Shown: positions 12,260-24,738 of the stretch, in pieces
Layout of the letters: the number at the start of each line of letters is the position of its first letter
Position numbering within the stretch: the first letter of the stretch is position 1
From: Octopus vulgaris
Lineage: Eukaryota
Direction of reading: 5' to 3'
Assembly (NCBI GenBank): GCA_951406725.2
Contig: OX597820.1
Location: 18,972,001-19,036,000, forward strand
DNA: 64,000 nucleotides
Position numbers and translations under genes: made by a program
The notes under the pieces: generated by a model
Database searches by the model: none
What the model saw: the letters and a program-made list of their open reading frames with translations, nothing else
Told to the model about the DNA's origin: nothing

Positions 12260-12799
12260 GCTTCTTCACAGTTTCCATCTACCAAATTCATTCACAATAC
12301 TTACACTTGGTGCTGCTCAGTGGGACTGAACCTGGAACCACATGGTCACATGGCAAGCTTCTTAACCTCACAACTCACCTTCATCTATTTCCTTTGAATT
12401 ATTTTTTCTCTCCGTCCACCTTTATCCTGTTTTCTTGTCTTATAAATGTCTAATGAATTTCTTCAAAATTTTTTCCATTCTACTCAAAAATCTAATTTTT
12501 CTTGACATAATTTGGTTCTGTCAAAGAACTCTTAGACCACTTTTCATTGTGATTGCTGAATACTTTGCATTTGGGTAACCATATAATTATTACTAAAATG
12601 TTTTGGAGAAAGCCAAGTTTGAATTCCTGAGTTTTAACGTTCAGAAAGAAGCCAGGCACCAAAAGCTTTATCAACATCTTGCCTCTCCTGCGATTGCTGA
12701 TGTAATTCCATTCACATATTTTGAATGATTCTTCCTAAATTTCTACATACATATTGGACTGATTCCAGCTTGAAAACTAACCATTCTTTCATTCTGCTA

Positions 12800-12808
12800 G
12801 ACACACAA

Positions 12809-12880
<72 letters not shown>

Positions 12881-13165
12881 TCACATACACACATATATGC
12901 ATTCACAAACATGTTGACTCACTCACACACACTTGTACACACACGAACTCATACACTCATACAGGCTTGCGCACACTCTCATATGCACACACACACACAC
13001 ACACACTCACGCTCGCTCACACACACACATTCTTACATGCACTCACTCACACATGCACTCACTCACACATGCACACACATGTTCACAAACTTGTACTCAC
13101 GCTCACACACACACACATACATGCACTTATACATATACATACACCCACTCACACACACACACACA
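12800..13165. repeat. (CA)n and degenerate CA-rich microsatellite
   Basis: Directly visible. Confidence 0.95.
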
Positions 13166-14477
13166 ATATCTGCATCATTCTTCTATCACCGTAACTGCAC
13201 AAAAGTCGGTTCGTTATTTTTTTCCTTTTTTTCTGTTTTCTCCTTCATAAAGAACCTACAAATAATGACATTTTCCCTCATTCCTCATCACCATCAACCA
13301 TCAACCATCAACCATCAACCATCACCATCACAATATCGACACGCTTCCAAACAGAGCGATTTCTCTCAAACCAACTTCCTTATTTCTTTTCCTTTCTCTA
13401 CATGGAACACATACCATTTTCGCATATATTGCCTCTAATAGTTGAAATTAAAGATTGACGAATGTTAGTTCTTCTTCTTCTTCTTCTTTGTCTTCTTCTT
13501 CTTTTCGCTTCTTTCACTCTCTATCATTTTGGGGTTCTTTCAGTACTTGGAGATATAACCTAGTTTTTCTGGAGGCAGCTTTTGCTCTGTTGATTCAATT
13601 ATATATTCTAAATTAGGTCAGTGAGGAACTTGGATGTAGTGCAAAAACCGGCAGCAAAAGCTAGGAATGTCTTTTAATTTCTTTCTTACTTTTCGTCGTT
13701 GTTTTCGTTCTTTTTTTTTTATATTTATTTTCCTTTTCTGGTTGCATATTGATTGCCAGTAGGTTCCATTTCATCGGGCATCTTTGGTTAAGAATGAGCA
13801 ATGAGAACTAGATGAGTAAAAACACTAAGAGAAAGTGAATGGTTCTTTATATTTTTTTTTTAAAGAAAATATGCAAAAGAAAAAATAGGACAAAAAAAAA
13901 AAAAGGAAAAAATTGTGTTGGCTTAAATGAGAATTAGAGAAAATGTCTTAGCAGGTTAATTGGATATATGTATCTAACGACTTTAGGAAACTAAGAAGCG
14001 AATACTATGATGGCTGACATTAGAAGTTTGGGACTAATTGAGAAAGTAACTCAAGTACAGAGGCATTAGGTAGTTATTGAATGTCTGCGATATTTGTTTG
14101 GTTGTAAGTAGCATTGGAAAATATCAGAACATACAACCACAGGCATGGCGGTGTGGTTAGAAGCTTTGGCATGGTTTCTAAGGCTGGATGCCCTTCCTAA
14201 CACCAACCACTTTACAGTGTGTACTGCTTGTTTTTTTTTTTTTTGTGGCACCAGCATTAGTGAGGTTGCCAAGTAACCTAGAAGACAGGGACAAAAAAAA
14301 AGAAGGGAAAAACCATTCTTGATTAAGTGGGGTGGAGTACTTGAGAGGTGGGGAGGTGGTTTTATGCCAGTTATTGGGAAGTTAATGCATGTTGGTGAGA
14401 CAAGTGCAGGTGTGTCCCCATAGAGAAAATATCCTGCATTATTATATAATGATGGATGGGAGCAGCCGGAAAAAAGA

Positions 14478-14975
14478 TCTTTCCTGCTCTAGGCACAAGG
14501 CCTGAATTTTGGGGGAAGGGGCCAGTTGATTAGATCGACCCCAGTACGTAACTGGTACTTAATTTATTGACCCTGAAAGGATAAAAGGCAAAGTCGACCT
14601 CGGCAGAATTTGAACTCAGAACGTGAAGACAGATGAAATACCCCTAAGCATTTTGCCTGCATGCTAACGATTCTCCCAGCTCTCCGATGTTGCCAGACTA
14701 TCAGATGTTATACATCCCTGGTCACAGTGTACTTTGCTTCATTTTAGCTTTCAAATGATGGTACCTCTCTGGCTCGGCAAGCAGGCCAACATTCTTTCTC
14801 CATCAGAAGGCCCCCTTGTGACAGGGTGACCTATTTTCAGGTGAGTGGACTGGAGCGACATGAAATGAAGTGTTTTGCTCAAGAACACAATGTGTCACCC
14901 GGTCCAGGAATCGAAACCTTGATCTCACAATCATGAGTGCAATGCACCTAACCACTAGGCCAATTGTTTTCACAG
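14478..14975 (-). mobile_element. SINE B followed by a SINE D-like copy
   Basis: B motifs at 14478-14682; D-like head CTAACCACTAGGCC and TTGCTCAAGAACAC at 14860-14975. Confidence 0.75.
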
Positions 14976-15219
14976 GAAAAAAAATAATACTGCTAAAACT
15001 TCAATTCTCACTTCAAGATAAATGTAAAATCTATGCAATTGTTTATAAATTCTTGTGCCATTATTATTAATACTTTCTTTCTTCCATTGAAGAAACTATC
15101 TTTCAAATCAGTATATTTTACTACAGAAGAAATATGAAAATCAGCTCTCCCTTGAGCTTTCAAGAATGTTGGATAGTCATATATTTTTTTGTAGTAAATT
15201 ATATAATCATATATATAAT

Positions 15220-15374
<155 letters not shown>

Positions 15375-15599
15375 TATTTTTATCAAGAATAGCTTAAGTT
15401 AATTTTTATATTATTTTTATCAAGGAGGCTTAAATTAGTTTTTTTTGTGTGTTTGTGTGTATTCATTTGTCTAAAGAACCTATCCAATTTCAAATATTTA
15501 AAGAAATTCTTGAAAAAGGAAAAAAACAAAGAATTTGTTGATATTTTATCCAAAAGTAATTTTGATTCATTCACCACATTTTTGCTGTAGTATTTTTAA

Positions 15600-15821
15600 C
15601 CCCCTTAGTATTCAAATTACTCTGTCAAAAGTAATCCTTATTTATCCACATCGTTTGAAATTAATTATGTATTATTTCGTAACTTTGAGATTTCAATGAT
15701 GTGATTGTTTATTTTTAGAATGACATTGTAGGGAAGGTGTGAGAGGCCAGATCTGGCCAGTTTGAACATAAAACAGGTACAATATTTGGGCCTGGTGTGG
15801 CTGGGTTTAAATGCTTGAGGC
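15600..15821. mobile_element. TTAA-flanked MITE, family 1 (piggyBac-like ends)
   Basis: TTAA|CCCCTTAGTATT ... AATGCTTGAGGC|TTAA. Homologous copies near 25480-25686, 41369-41577 and 52790-53018. Confidence 0.65.
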
Positions 15822-17180
15822 TTAAGTTGTGGATGCCATAAAGCATTTAATCAAAAGATTAAGTGATTGTACCAAATCCATTGTTACCAGTGTCGCCTTA
15901 CTGGCACTTGTGCCGGTGACACTTGAAAATCAGCATTTGAGCAAGGTCGTTGCTAGTGCCGCTGGATGGGCTCCTGTGCAGGTGGCACGTAAAAACACCA
16001 TTTGAGCATGGCCATTGCCAGTACTGCCTGACTGGTCCTTGTGCCAGTGGCACGTAAAAGCCCCCACTATACTCTCTGAGTTGTTGGTGTTAGGAAGGGC
16101 ATCCAGCTGTAGAAACTCTGCCAGATCAGATTGGAGCCTGGTGCAGCCATCTGGCTAACCAGTCCTCAGTCAAACCGTCCAACCCATGCCAGCAAGGAAA
16201 GCGGCAGATGAAATACCACTAAGCATTTCGCCCGGCGTGCTAACGTTTCTGCCAGCTCAGGTGCCCTTAAAATACTTAAAATTGTGGATCCCAAATTTAC
16301 TATTTTGTGTAAACCCCCGAAAATCTTTTTATGGACCCTCAGAGGTCACATGGACTCTCAGGGCCCACATGTTTCAGTTTCTGTCTACCAAATCCAACGA
16401 CAAGGTTTTGGTCAGCCTGAAGCTAGAGTAGAAAACACTCACCCTTGATGCCACACACTGGAACTAAACCAAAAACCAATGTGGTTGGGAAGCAAACTTG
16501 CGACCACACAGCCACACCGTTCTAACTAGAATATTCTGTGAAGTAAGTTTGAAATGCAAGAAGTTCAACCTTGACGACTACTTGAGATGATTTAGAAATT
16601 TATATTGGCGATTTTCATTTGGTAATATCTTTAGTTTAAATAAAACAATTTTTGTTATGGTTATTATAAAAAAAAATGTGATAAAGAGATTGTGTGAAGC
16701 ACTGCTTAATATTAATTTATGTGTGTGAAGTCAATGTTTATAAATATGAAGTCAAAATATTTAGTTTTGAATAAAGCTTTTATTTTTCTTCAAGTTATAA
16801 GAATTCTGTAAACATCCACAGTATATTAGTTGGTAAATAATGTCTACAGGGACTAATTAGTAAATAAATTACAGGTTTTATGTATTATAGATATATTATT
16901 TATTAATTGATTTTTTTTTTTGTTCTCTTGAAATACTTTTTTTTACTTGTTTAGAAATACCATTGCTTCTGTCTTTTATTTTTTACAAGTCAGTGGCTGA
17001 TTTCACAAAATTCTCATATTTTGCTATGTAGAATATGATTCCCAACCACATGGTTCCAGGTTCAGTCCCACCGTGTGGCACCATAGCCAAGTGTCTTCTA
17101 CTCTAGCCTTGGGCTGATCAAAGCCTTGTGAGTGGATTTGGTAGATGAAAACTAAAAGAAGCCTGTCATATATATATATA

Positions 17181-17390
17181 TAAAGTTAATCCAAACAAGA
17201 AAACGCAATAAAAACACAGCAACGCGAGGACGTGGAACAAATAAAGTATTATTGGACGCTCAGGGAAGGAGGGTTTAACGTTTCGAGCGGAGCTCTTCGT
17301 CGGAAACAAAGGTGAAGGAAAGATCCCGAGAAGGGAAGACAGAGGAAAAAGAAATTGCTGGCGGTGCTCACGAGGTCACATGTTGAAAGG
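17181..17390 (-). mobile_element. Short Penelope-pLTR-like element in (TA)n carrying a minimal hammerhead-like motif
   Basis: Flanked by (TA)n on both sides; near-identical to 22605-22812 and related to 51465-51647. Confidence 0.65.
17273..17307 (-). ncRNA. Minimal type I hammerhead ribozyme-like motif (U4-to-C variant)
   Basis: Minus strand: GTTT CCGACGA A GAGC TCC GCTC GAAA CG TT AAAC. Stem I GTTT/AAAC, stem II GAGC/GCTC, palindromic AACGTT stem III. Confidence 0.55.
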
Positions 17391-19086
17391 ATATATATAT
17401 ATATATATCATCATCATCATCATTTACATCAGTTGATTGAATACCGGCTTATAAACACCTCCCACGCTGCATATAAATATTATAATGCAAATACAAATAT
17501 AAATTAAATAGATACTATTGACAATCCACTAATTTATTTATATCATAACATTACATGATATACTATGAATATATCATAACATAATATTATATAACATAAA
17601 CAATTATTTTTAAAAAACCCCATAAAAGGCCAACAAATTGTTTCGACATATATACATTTTCTGATATATATATATATATACACAATAACAGTTCCCTTAT
17701 GTATATAAGTCACTTCAAAAATTAATTCAGTGTGTGTGTATATATATAATATATATATATAGGTGTGCATGTGTGTGTACATGTATGTGTATGTGATCAT
17801 CATCATCGTCACCACCATCATTTAACGTCCGTTGTCCATGCTGGCATGGTTGGATGGTTTGACCAAGGCTGGTAAGCTGGAAGGCTGTAACAGGTTCCAA
17901 TCTGATTTGGCAATGTTTCTACAGCTGGATGCCCTTCCTAATGCCAACCACTCCAAGAGTGTAATGGGTGCATGCTTTTACGTGCTACCAGCATGACACT
18001 GGTATCTGCCACCACTGCGATTTATATATATATATATACACCCACAACTTGTTATTAAATACATATATGTATCTGTCTATATAGACAAGATGCATCAGAT
18101 AGTCATTCTTCTCCCCACGTCTTCTTGCACAACAACTTTGTCTATTTCATCATCACATTCAGAAATGTGAACACCTTAAGAAGAGAAAAAAAAAAACAGA
18201 AACCTCATCTACATTCTGTCTTAATGTCTGTGTGTCTGTATGTCTGGAATAATGGTTATGTGAAATGCATTTCTTTGAGAATCTCTCTGATTTCTTCTCT
18301 TTCTTCCACTCTACCATTCTCCTTACTCTATCTTTAGTTTTGGTTTGTTAATAGCATCAACATAGATAAACAATTAAGAGTTCTTTGTTATTTACCAATA
18401 TTGCTTTTCTTTTGGTTACATAATGTCTCAGATTCCATGATATATATATATATATATATATTGGCGTGGCTGTGTGATATGAAGCTTGCTTCCCGACCAT
18501 ATGGTTCTGGGTTCAGTTCCACCGCATAGCAACTTGGGTAGGTGTCTTCTACTATAGCCTTTAGTCAACCAAAGCTTTGTGAATGGATTTGGTAGATGGA
18601 AACTGAAAGAAGGCCATTGTATCATCATCATCATCATCATCATTGTTTAATGTCTGTTTTCCATGCTGGCATGAGTTGGACAGATTGACTGAGGTCTGAA
18701 GAGCCAGTGGCTGCACCAGGCTCCAATTTGATCTGGCAATGTTTCCACAGCTGGATGCTTTTTAGGTGCCACCAGCACATGTTTGGATAGTGCTTTTTAT
18801 GTGCCACTGGCATGGGAGCCAGTCAGGCAGTCTTGGCATATATGTGTGTGTGTGTGCATCTTTTTTGTCTGTGTTTTCATGTCACTGTAACTTAGCAGTT
18901 CAGCCAAAGAAATGATAAAGTACCAGTCTTAGCAAATAAAAGTACAGAGGTTATTTCATTTCACTAAAAATTCTTCCAGGCAGTACCTCAGCATGGCTGC
19001 TGTTTTATAACTGAAACAAGTAAAAGACAAAAGATATATACACACACACACATGCACACACATGTCCACACATATTTACACACAAA

Positions 19087-19314
19087 CGGCGGCAAGCTGG
19101 CAGAAATGATAGCATGCCGGGCGAAATGCTTAGCAGTATTTTATCTGCTGTTACATTCTGAGTTCAAATTCCGCCGAGGTCAACTTTGGTTTTCATCTTT
19201 TCGGAGTCAAATAAATAAGTACCAGTTACGCACTGGGGTCGATATAATCAACTTAATCCGTTTGTCCTTGTTTGTTCCCTCTGTGAGTAGCCCCTTGTGG
19301 GCAATAAAGAAATA
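19087..19314 (+). mobile_element. SINE family B, full length
   Basis: Head GGCGGCAAGCTGGCAG through tail AGCCCCTTGTGGGCAATAAAGAAATA. Confidence 0.85.
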
Positions 19315-19490
19315 ACAAACATATAAATCCGTGTTACAAATAAAGAAAAGAAGTACTTAATACACATTAGAGAGAGATTACAAATTTACTACTGTCTGAG
19401 ACATCATGCTGCTGCTACTCAGGTTCTGAGGCATTCTGCAATGTGAAACACTCGGGAACAACAGTGGGATATCTCAGAATTTAATATGTA

Positions 19491-19875
19491 CTAGCAGTAT
19501 CGCCCGGCGTTGCTCAGGTTTGTAAGGGAAATAACTATAAAGCATTTTTAGAGAGTTATAGCCAAAAAATAGCAAAAAAATGGAAAACAAATGATGGTAA
19601 ATTTTTTTTGAGAGTTAAAAAAGGTAGAGTTGCGTCCCCTAGACGGTCTGTGGTTTGGGTTTCTAATTCTCGACCCCATGTCGAATTTATCGATTTTTTT
19701 CAGAACTGGGGGAACTTTTCAAAATTTTCGCTGCGTTAGTTTTGAATTATGACATTGGGCTATGTGTGTGTCAAGTTTCATCAGAATCGGTTGAAAGCCG
19801 TGGTCAGAGTGAGGGTACGAGAAAACAGACACACAGAAACACACACAGACAAACTGCCGTTTATATAGAGAGAGA
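19491..19875 (-). mobile_element. Non-autonomous Helitron-like element (Lep1/DINE-like)
   Basis: Minus strand reads A|TC...CTAG|T, with sub-terminal hairpin CC(T)GAGCAACGCCGGG, AAGTTTCATCAGAATCGG motif and ACAG-rich tract. Confidence 0.72.
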
Positions 19876-19988
19876 TGTCTGTCGTCCGTTTGGTTTCCCT
19901 CCTTATCCTCATCAGTCATTACGAATGTTGCATTAGTGGTCAAAAAGGGGTTCCTATGAAGGATCTCTGGAGTAACATTAGTCTAAAG

Positions 19989-20386
19989 CTATGTTTCTCA
20001 ACTGGGGTCCATGTGGCCCCTCAGAGTCCATGTGACCCCTGAGAGTCCATGTGACCCTTGAGGGTCCATAAAAAGATTTTCGGGGGTTTACACAACAAAA
20101 TAGTAAATTGGGGATCCACAATTTTAAGTATTTCAAGAGCACCTGAAAAAATTTTGCTTTAGAGATGTTTTTATTGATTATGTTTTACAAGAAACAGGTA
20201 GGTTTCTTTCCTCGACATTTTACATGGTTCAACCTCCAAAAGTTAATGTGTGAAAAACAAAATAAGAATTTTGAAAGAAGTTTCTATAAAACTAGTTTTT
20301 TTCTAAACATCAAATGACTATGGTGGTCCACCAGAATGAAATAGTAATCAAAGGGGTCTTCAGATAAAAAATGGTTGACAACCTCT
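19989..20386. mobile_element. hAT/Charlie-like MITE
   Basis: Imperfect TIRs CTATGTTTCTCAAC / GTTGACAACCTCTG with 8-bp TSD (G/C)TCTAAAG. Inverted homolog at 23908-24738, partial at 16257-16370. Confidence 0.7.
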
Positions 20387-20399
20387 GCTCTAAAGAGTG

Positions 20400-20640
20400 A
20401 ATAAGCTCAGAGATTAAGGTCAGGTTCAGCTGCTCGGGGTCAAGTCAAGCCACTACTTCTATGCATTGAGAGGTCAGCTTTGGTACTACAGACATGCGAC
20501 TAAAATGTTGAAGGAAATAATCCCAAGATGGGTTCTTTAAGCCAACCGATAGGAGATGAAGGGTTAGGGCATGAGCGAGATGGTTGGACAACATCCAGAG
20601 TCTCAGTTGGTGGCACTTTGGAATCCAGCTGGTCAGTTTA
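20400..20640 (+). mobile_element. Old RTE-type LINE 3' fragment
   Basis: Degenerate RRRRVRA*ARWLDNI, matching the GRPR.RWLD motif. Confidence 0.5.
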
Positions 20641-21069
20641 ATGATGGTTGTTTTGAATTGGACCCAATGTATGTATAAATATGTATGTATGTATATCTAT
20701 CTGTCTATCTACCTATCTGCATACACGCACATACACACACGCTCAAGTATAATCAGCCAAAATTGCGAAGACAATCTGGTACTTGACTGAGGAAAGAAAA
20801 CTTCGAATGATCCATTCTTGTTTTCTTTGTATCGTCTATCTGGATGTTTTGTTGTCCCATTTTTGTATCACCTAACTGTCCAGATGTTTAGCGTTCTTGT
20901 CCCGCACGTAAAAAGCACCCACTACACTCATGGAGTGGTTGGCATTAGGAAGGGCATCCAGCTGTAGAAACTCTGCCAGATAAGACCGGAGCCTGGTGCA
21001 GCCTTCTGGCTTCCCAGATCCCCGGTCGAACCGTCCAAACCATGCTAGCATGGAGAACGGACATTAAAC

Positions 21070-21139
<70 letters not shown>

Positions 21140-22298
21140 CACATATGCACAGAGAGACACACATATATATCAATAGATGGAGCTTACTGTGATAGCTGTA
21201 TGATTCTCTGAACCCATAACTATCCTCTCTTCCCTCCCCCTCTCCCCTTCCCTTCTCTCTTTCTCTCCCTCTCTCTCTATATATACATATTTATATATAT
21301 GTGTGTGTATATATATATGTATGTGTGTGTGAATATATATGTGTATATATGTATGTATTTATGTGTGTGTGTATATGTATATATATATATATGTCTATGT
21401 ATGTATATGTATTTATATATGCATGTGTACACATTTGTTTGTTTATATATATATCTTCATTATTCCATCACTTAGAGAGTGAGCAAAATAATTTTTCCAT
21501 TTTAAATTCCATGGACGTAAAACCAGATAACTGGAAACCGTTTCTCTATCTTCTTATGATTCATCAATATAATAGAATTCCCTATTTTTAAATGGTACCA
21601 GAGTTCTGAACATGCTTTGTCAGATCACTGCTATCAAACCTTCATCCTTCTTAGCTACCTATATCTATCAATCTATCCCTCTCTGATATTGATAGCTGAT
21701 CTAAAAGTTGGTTTTGGCATCACAGCCGACAATGATGGCTTCTTACCAATGTTTTCAAACCATTCTGCTAGAGCTGCTGTTGGTTAGCTGAAAATAGCTT
21801 AGATTAAGTGAGCCTCTCCTTCCCCCATACTAACTCGCCTCTCTTCAATTCCTTTTCTCTCTCTTACTCTCTGTCTCTCTCTCTATCTCTCTCTCCTTCA
21901 TTCTCTCCTTCTGTCTCTCTCTCTCCGTATATCTCAATCTCTGACAAGCATGTTGCAGAACTAGCTGCTGTCCGACAAGAAGCGGCACCATCAGCGGTGC
22001 AGACGTGAATAACTCTGACCTGAATCTATTTAATGACTGGTCTGGCTAAGGTGGGAGTGACTGCCGCGACAACGATCGCGATGGCGGCAGCAGCAACGGT
22101 GATGGTAATAGTAGTAGTAGTAGTAGTATTAGTAGTAGTAGTAGTAGCAGCAGCAGCAGAGGCAGTCAGTACAAAAGAGGAGAAAAGGAATAGTTTATTT
22201 ACTTACGAGTTCTTAATACTTTTCATGTAAGCATATATATACATATGTATATACATATACCATCGTCATCATCATCAGACATCCGTTGTCCATGCTAT

Positions 22299-22348
<50 letters not shown>

Positions 22349-22498
22349 GTCTGACAATGGCTTAGCTGGTTGAAACTTCGAAGTCATTGTCAATAAAATT
22401 CTTGTATAAGAAAAATAAATTTGTACTCTACAAAAGTACAGAGTAACCCATCAGATTGATGTAAAATTGTTTTTATTTTAACTGAACAGAAAAACATT

Positions 22499-22556
<58 letters not shown>

Positions 22557-22570
22557 TACACGTATATACA

Positions 22571-22604
<34 letters not shown>

Positions 22605-22610
<6 letters not shown>

Positions 22611-22812
22611 ATCCAAACAAGAAAACACAAAAAGACACAGCAACGCAAGGACATGGAACAAATAATGTATTATTGGACGCTCAGGAAGGAAGGGAAGAAG
22701 GAGGGTTTAACGTTTCGAGCGGAGCTCTTTGTCGGAAACAAAGGAGAAGGAAAGAACCCGAGAAGGGAAGACAGAGGAAAAAAAATTGCTGGCGGTGCTC
22801 ACGAGGTCACAT
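22605..22812 (-). mobile_element. Second copy of the hammerhead-bearing element in (TA)n
   Basis: Aligns with 17181-17390. The motif at 22705-22739 reads CCGACAA (G8-to-A). Confidence 0.65.
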
Positions 22813-22821
22813 GTATATATA

Positions 22822-22872
<51 letters not shown>

Positions 22873-23217
22873 TGTATGTGTGTGATTGTCATATGTGCCT
22901 CATACTTTTTGTAGACGTGCCTCTGTGTGTGTGGTAGGTGTTGAATTAGGAGTTGATATTTGTGTATAAATATTAGCACATTATAACCAAGAGATATGCA
23001 TTTGTGTACTGTCCTATGATTTGTGTGTGTATGTGTGTGTGTGTGTATAATGTGCAAAAGGAGAAGTAGATAGGCAGCCAACAACTGATGAAGGGTCCTC
23101 TCTGTCTTTACTTGTCCTGTTTTCCATTTTTTCTCATTGTTTACATACTTAACTCATTTGTATTTCGTGTTATTTGCACTGTTGGTGACATCCTGTGCCC
23201 ATATATGCCTGTGTGTG

Positions 23218-23255
<38 letters not shown>

Positions 23256-23299
23256 TGCATAAATCTTTTATAGTGTTTTGTGTATATGTATGTATGTAC

Positions 23300-23353
<54 letters not shown>

Positions 23354-23907
23354 ATATCTATTGGGACTATCCATCTATACTGTATCATATAACATTTAAT
23401 TTGCATAAGATAATTCTAATGGTGGAGCTGATAGCCTTGTATTTCAAGTTGCAACCATCTTCTCATGTTTCTATTCACATATTTATTTATTTATTTATTC
23501 ATTCACTGGTGCAGTTGAATAGTTAATTGCTTGACCTTTGAGTGATCAGAAGCATCTATCAATGGGTGATCGACCCTATTGGTTTTTTTTTTTTTTTTTA
23601 TCTAATGGGAGGTAATAATTGCCAATATTGATCCCATTACTCAACTAGTACATATTTTATATAATTCTTAGTAGGATTTGAACTCAGAACATAAAGAGCC
23701 CTAGCTAAATAAGCCCAAGAGATTTTGTCCGATCCTCTGATGATTTTGGCCTGTGCACCTCCCTGTTCTCATGTTAGCTAGTTGATATTTGCTTTCATCC
23801 ATAGGCACATGACTTGTTATGTTTCTTAGACTGGTGGTGCTGTTGCTGCTGGTAGCTTCTAAGTCAGAATAAAGTAAATGAGGAATAAATCTTCCTTCTG
23901 TGAACAT

Positions 23908-24738
23908 CAGGGATTCTGAACCATTTTTTTGTCCATGGACACCTTTGATTACTATTTTATTCTGGTGGACCCCCATAGACATTCGATGTTTAAAAACTAG
24001 TTTCATAGAAACTTCTTTCAAAATTCCTATTTTGTTTTTCACACCTATTTCTTTACTACCCACAAGGAGCTAAACGCAGAGGGGACAAACTAGGACAGAC
24101 AAATAGATTAAGTTGATTACATTGACCCTAGTGCGTAACTGGTACTTAATTTATCGACCCCAAAAGGATGAAAGGCAAAGTCGACTTTGGCGGAATTTGA
24201 ACTCAGAACATAGCGGTAGACGAAATACGGCTAAACATTTTGCCCGGTGTGCTAACGTTTCTGCTAGCTTGCCGCCTTTTGTTTTTCACACCATTAACCC
24301 GTGTAGGTTGAACTATGTAAAATGTTAGAGAAAGAAACCTGGCTGTTTCTTGCAATACGTACCAAGACATAGATCTAAAGCTAAATTTCTTCAGGTTCTC
24401 AACCGTTTTCTATTTATGGACTCTTTTGATTATTATTTTATTCTAGTGAACCCCCATAGCCATTTGATGTTTGAAACTAGTTTTATAGAAACCTCTTTCA
24501 AAATTCCTATTTTGTTTTTCACACCATTAACTTTTGTAGGTTGAACAATTTAAAATGTTAGAGAAAGAAACCTAACAGTTTCTTGCAATAAATACCAATA
24601 CATACATCTAAAGCAAAATTTTTTCAGGGGTCCTTAAGTTACTATTGTGGATCCCCAATTTTCTATTTTATTGTGTGGACCCCAAAAAATCTTTTATGGA
24701 CCCTCAGTGGCCATATGGACTCTGGTTGAAAACCACTG
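23908..24738. mobile_element. hAT-like MITE with internal duplications and nested SINE B (24048-24277, minus)
   Basis: CAGGGATTCTGAACC ... GGTTGAAAACCACTG; reverse complement of the 19989-20386 sequence. Confidence 0.7.

Noticed and set aside
12535-12578. PLFIVIAEYFAFG, reminiscent of a kinase hinge exon
   Set aside because: Too short, weak donor, and no other kinase exons found.
12770-12783. Complementarity of TTGAAAACTAACCA to TGGTAGTTTTCAA near 59727 (docking/selector-like)
   Set aside because: A bulged 13-bp AT-rich match across 47 kb is plausible by chance, and there is no exon array.
21730-21792. SECIS or C/D snoRNA reading (ATGATGG...CTGA)
   Set aside because: No 3' GA partner for a SECIS quartet; imperfect C box and no recognisable guide sequence.
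23084-23110. CTGATGAAGGG hammerhead-like start
   Set aside because: No stem II or GAAA follows; at most a remnant.
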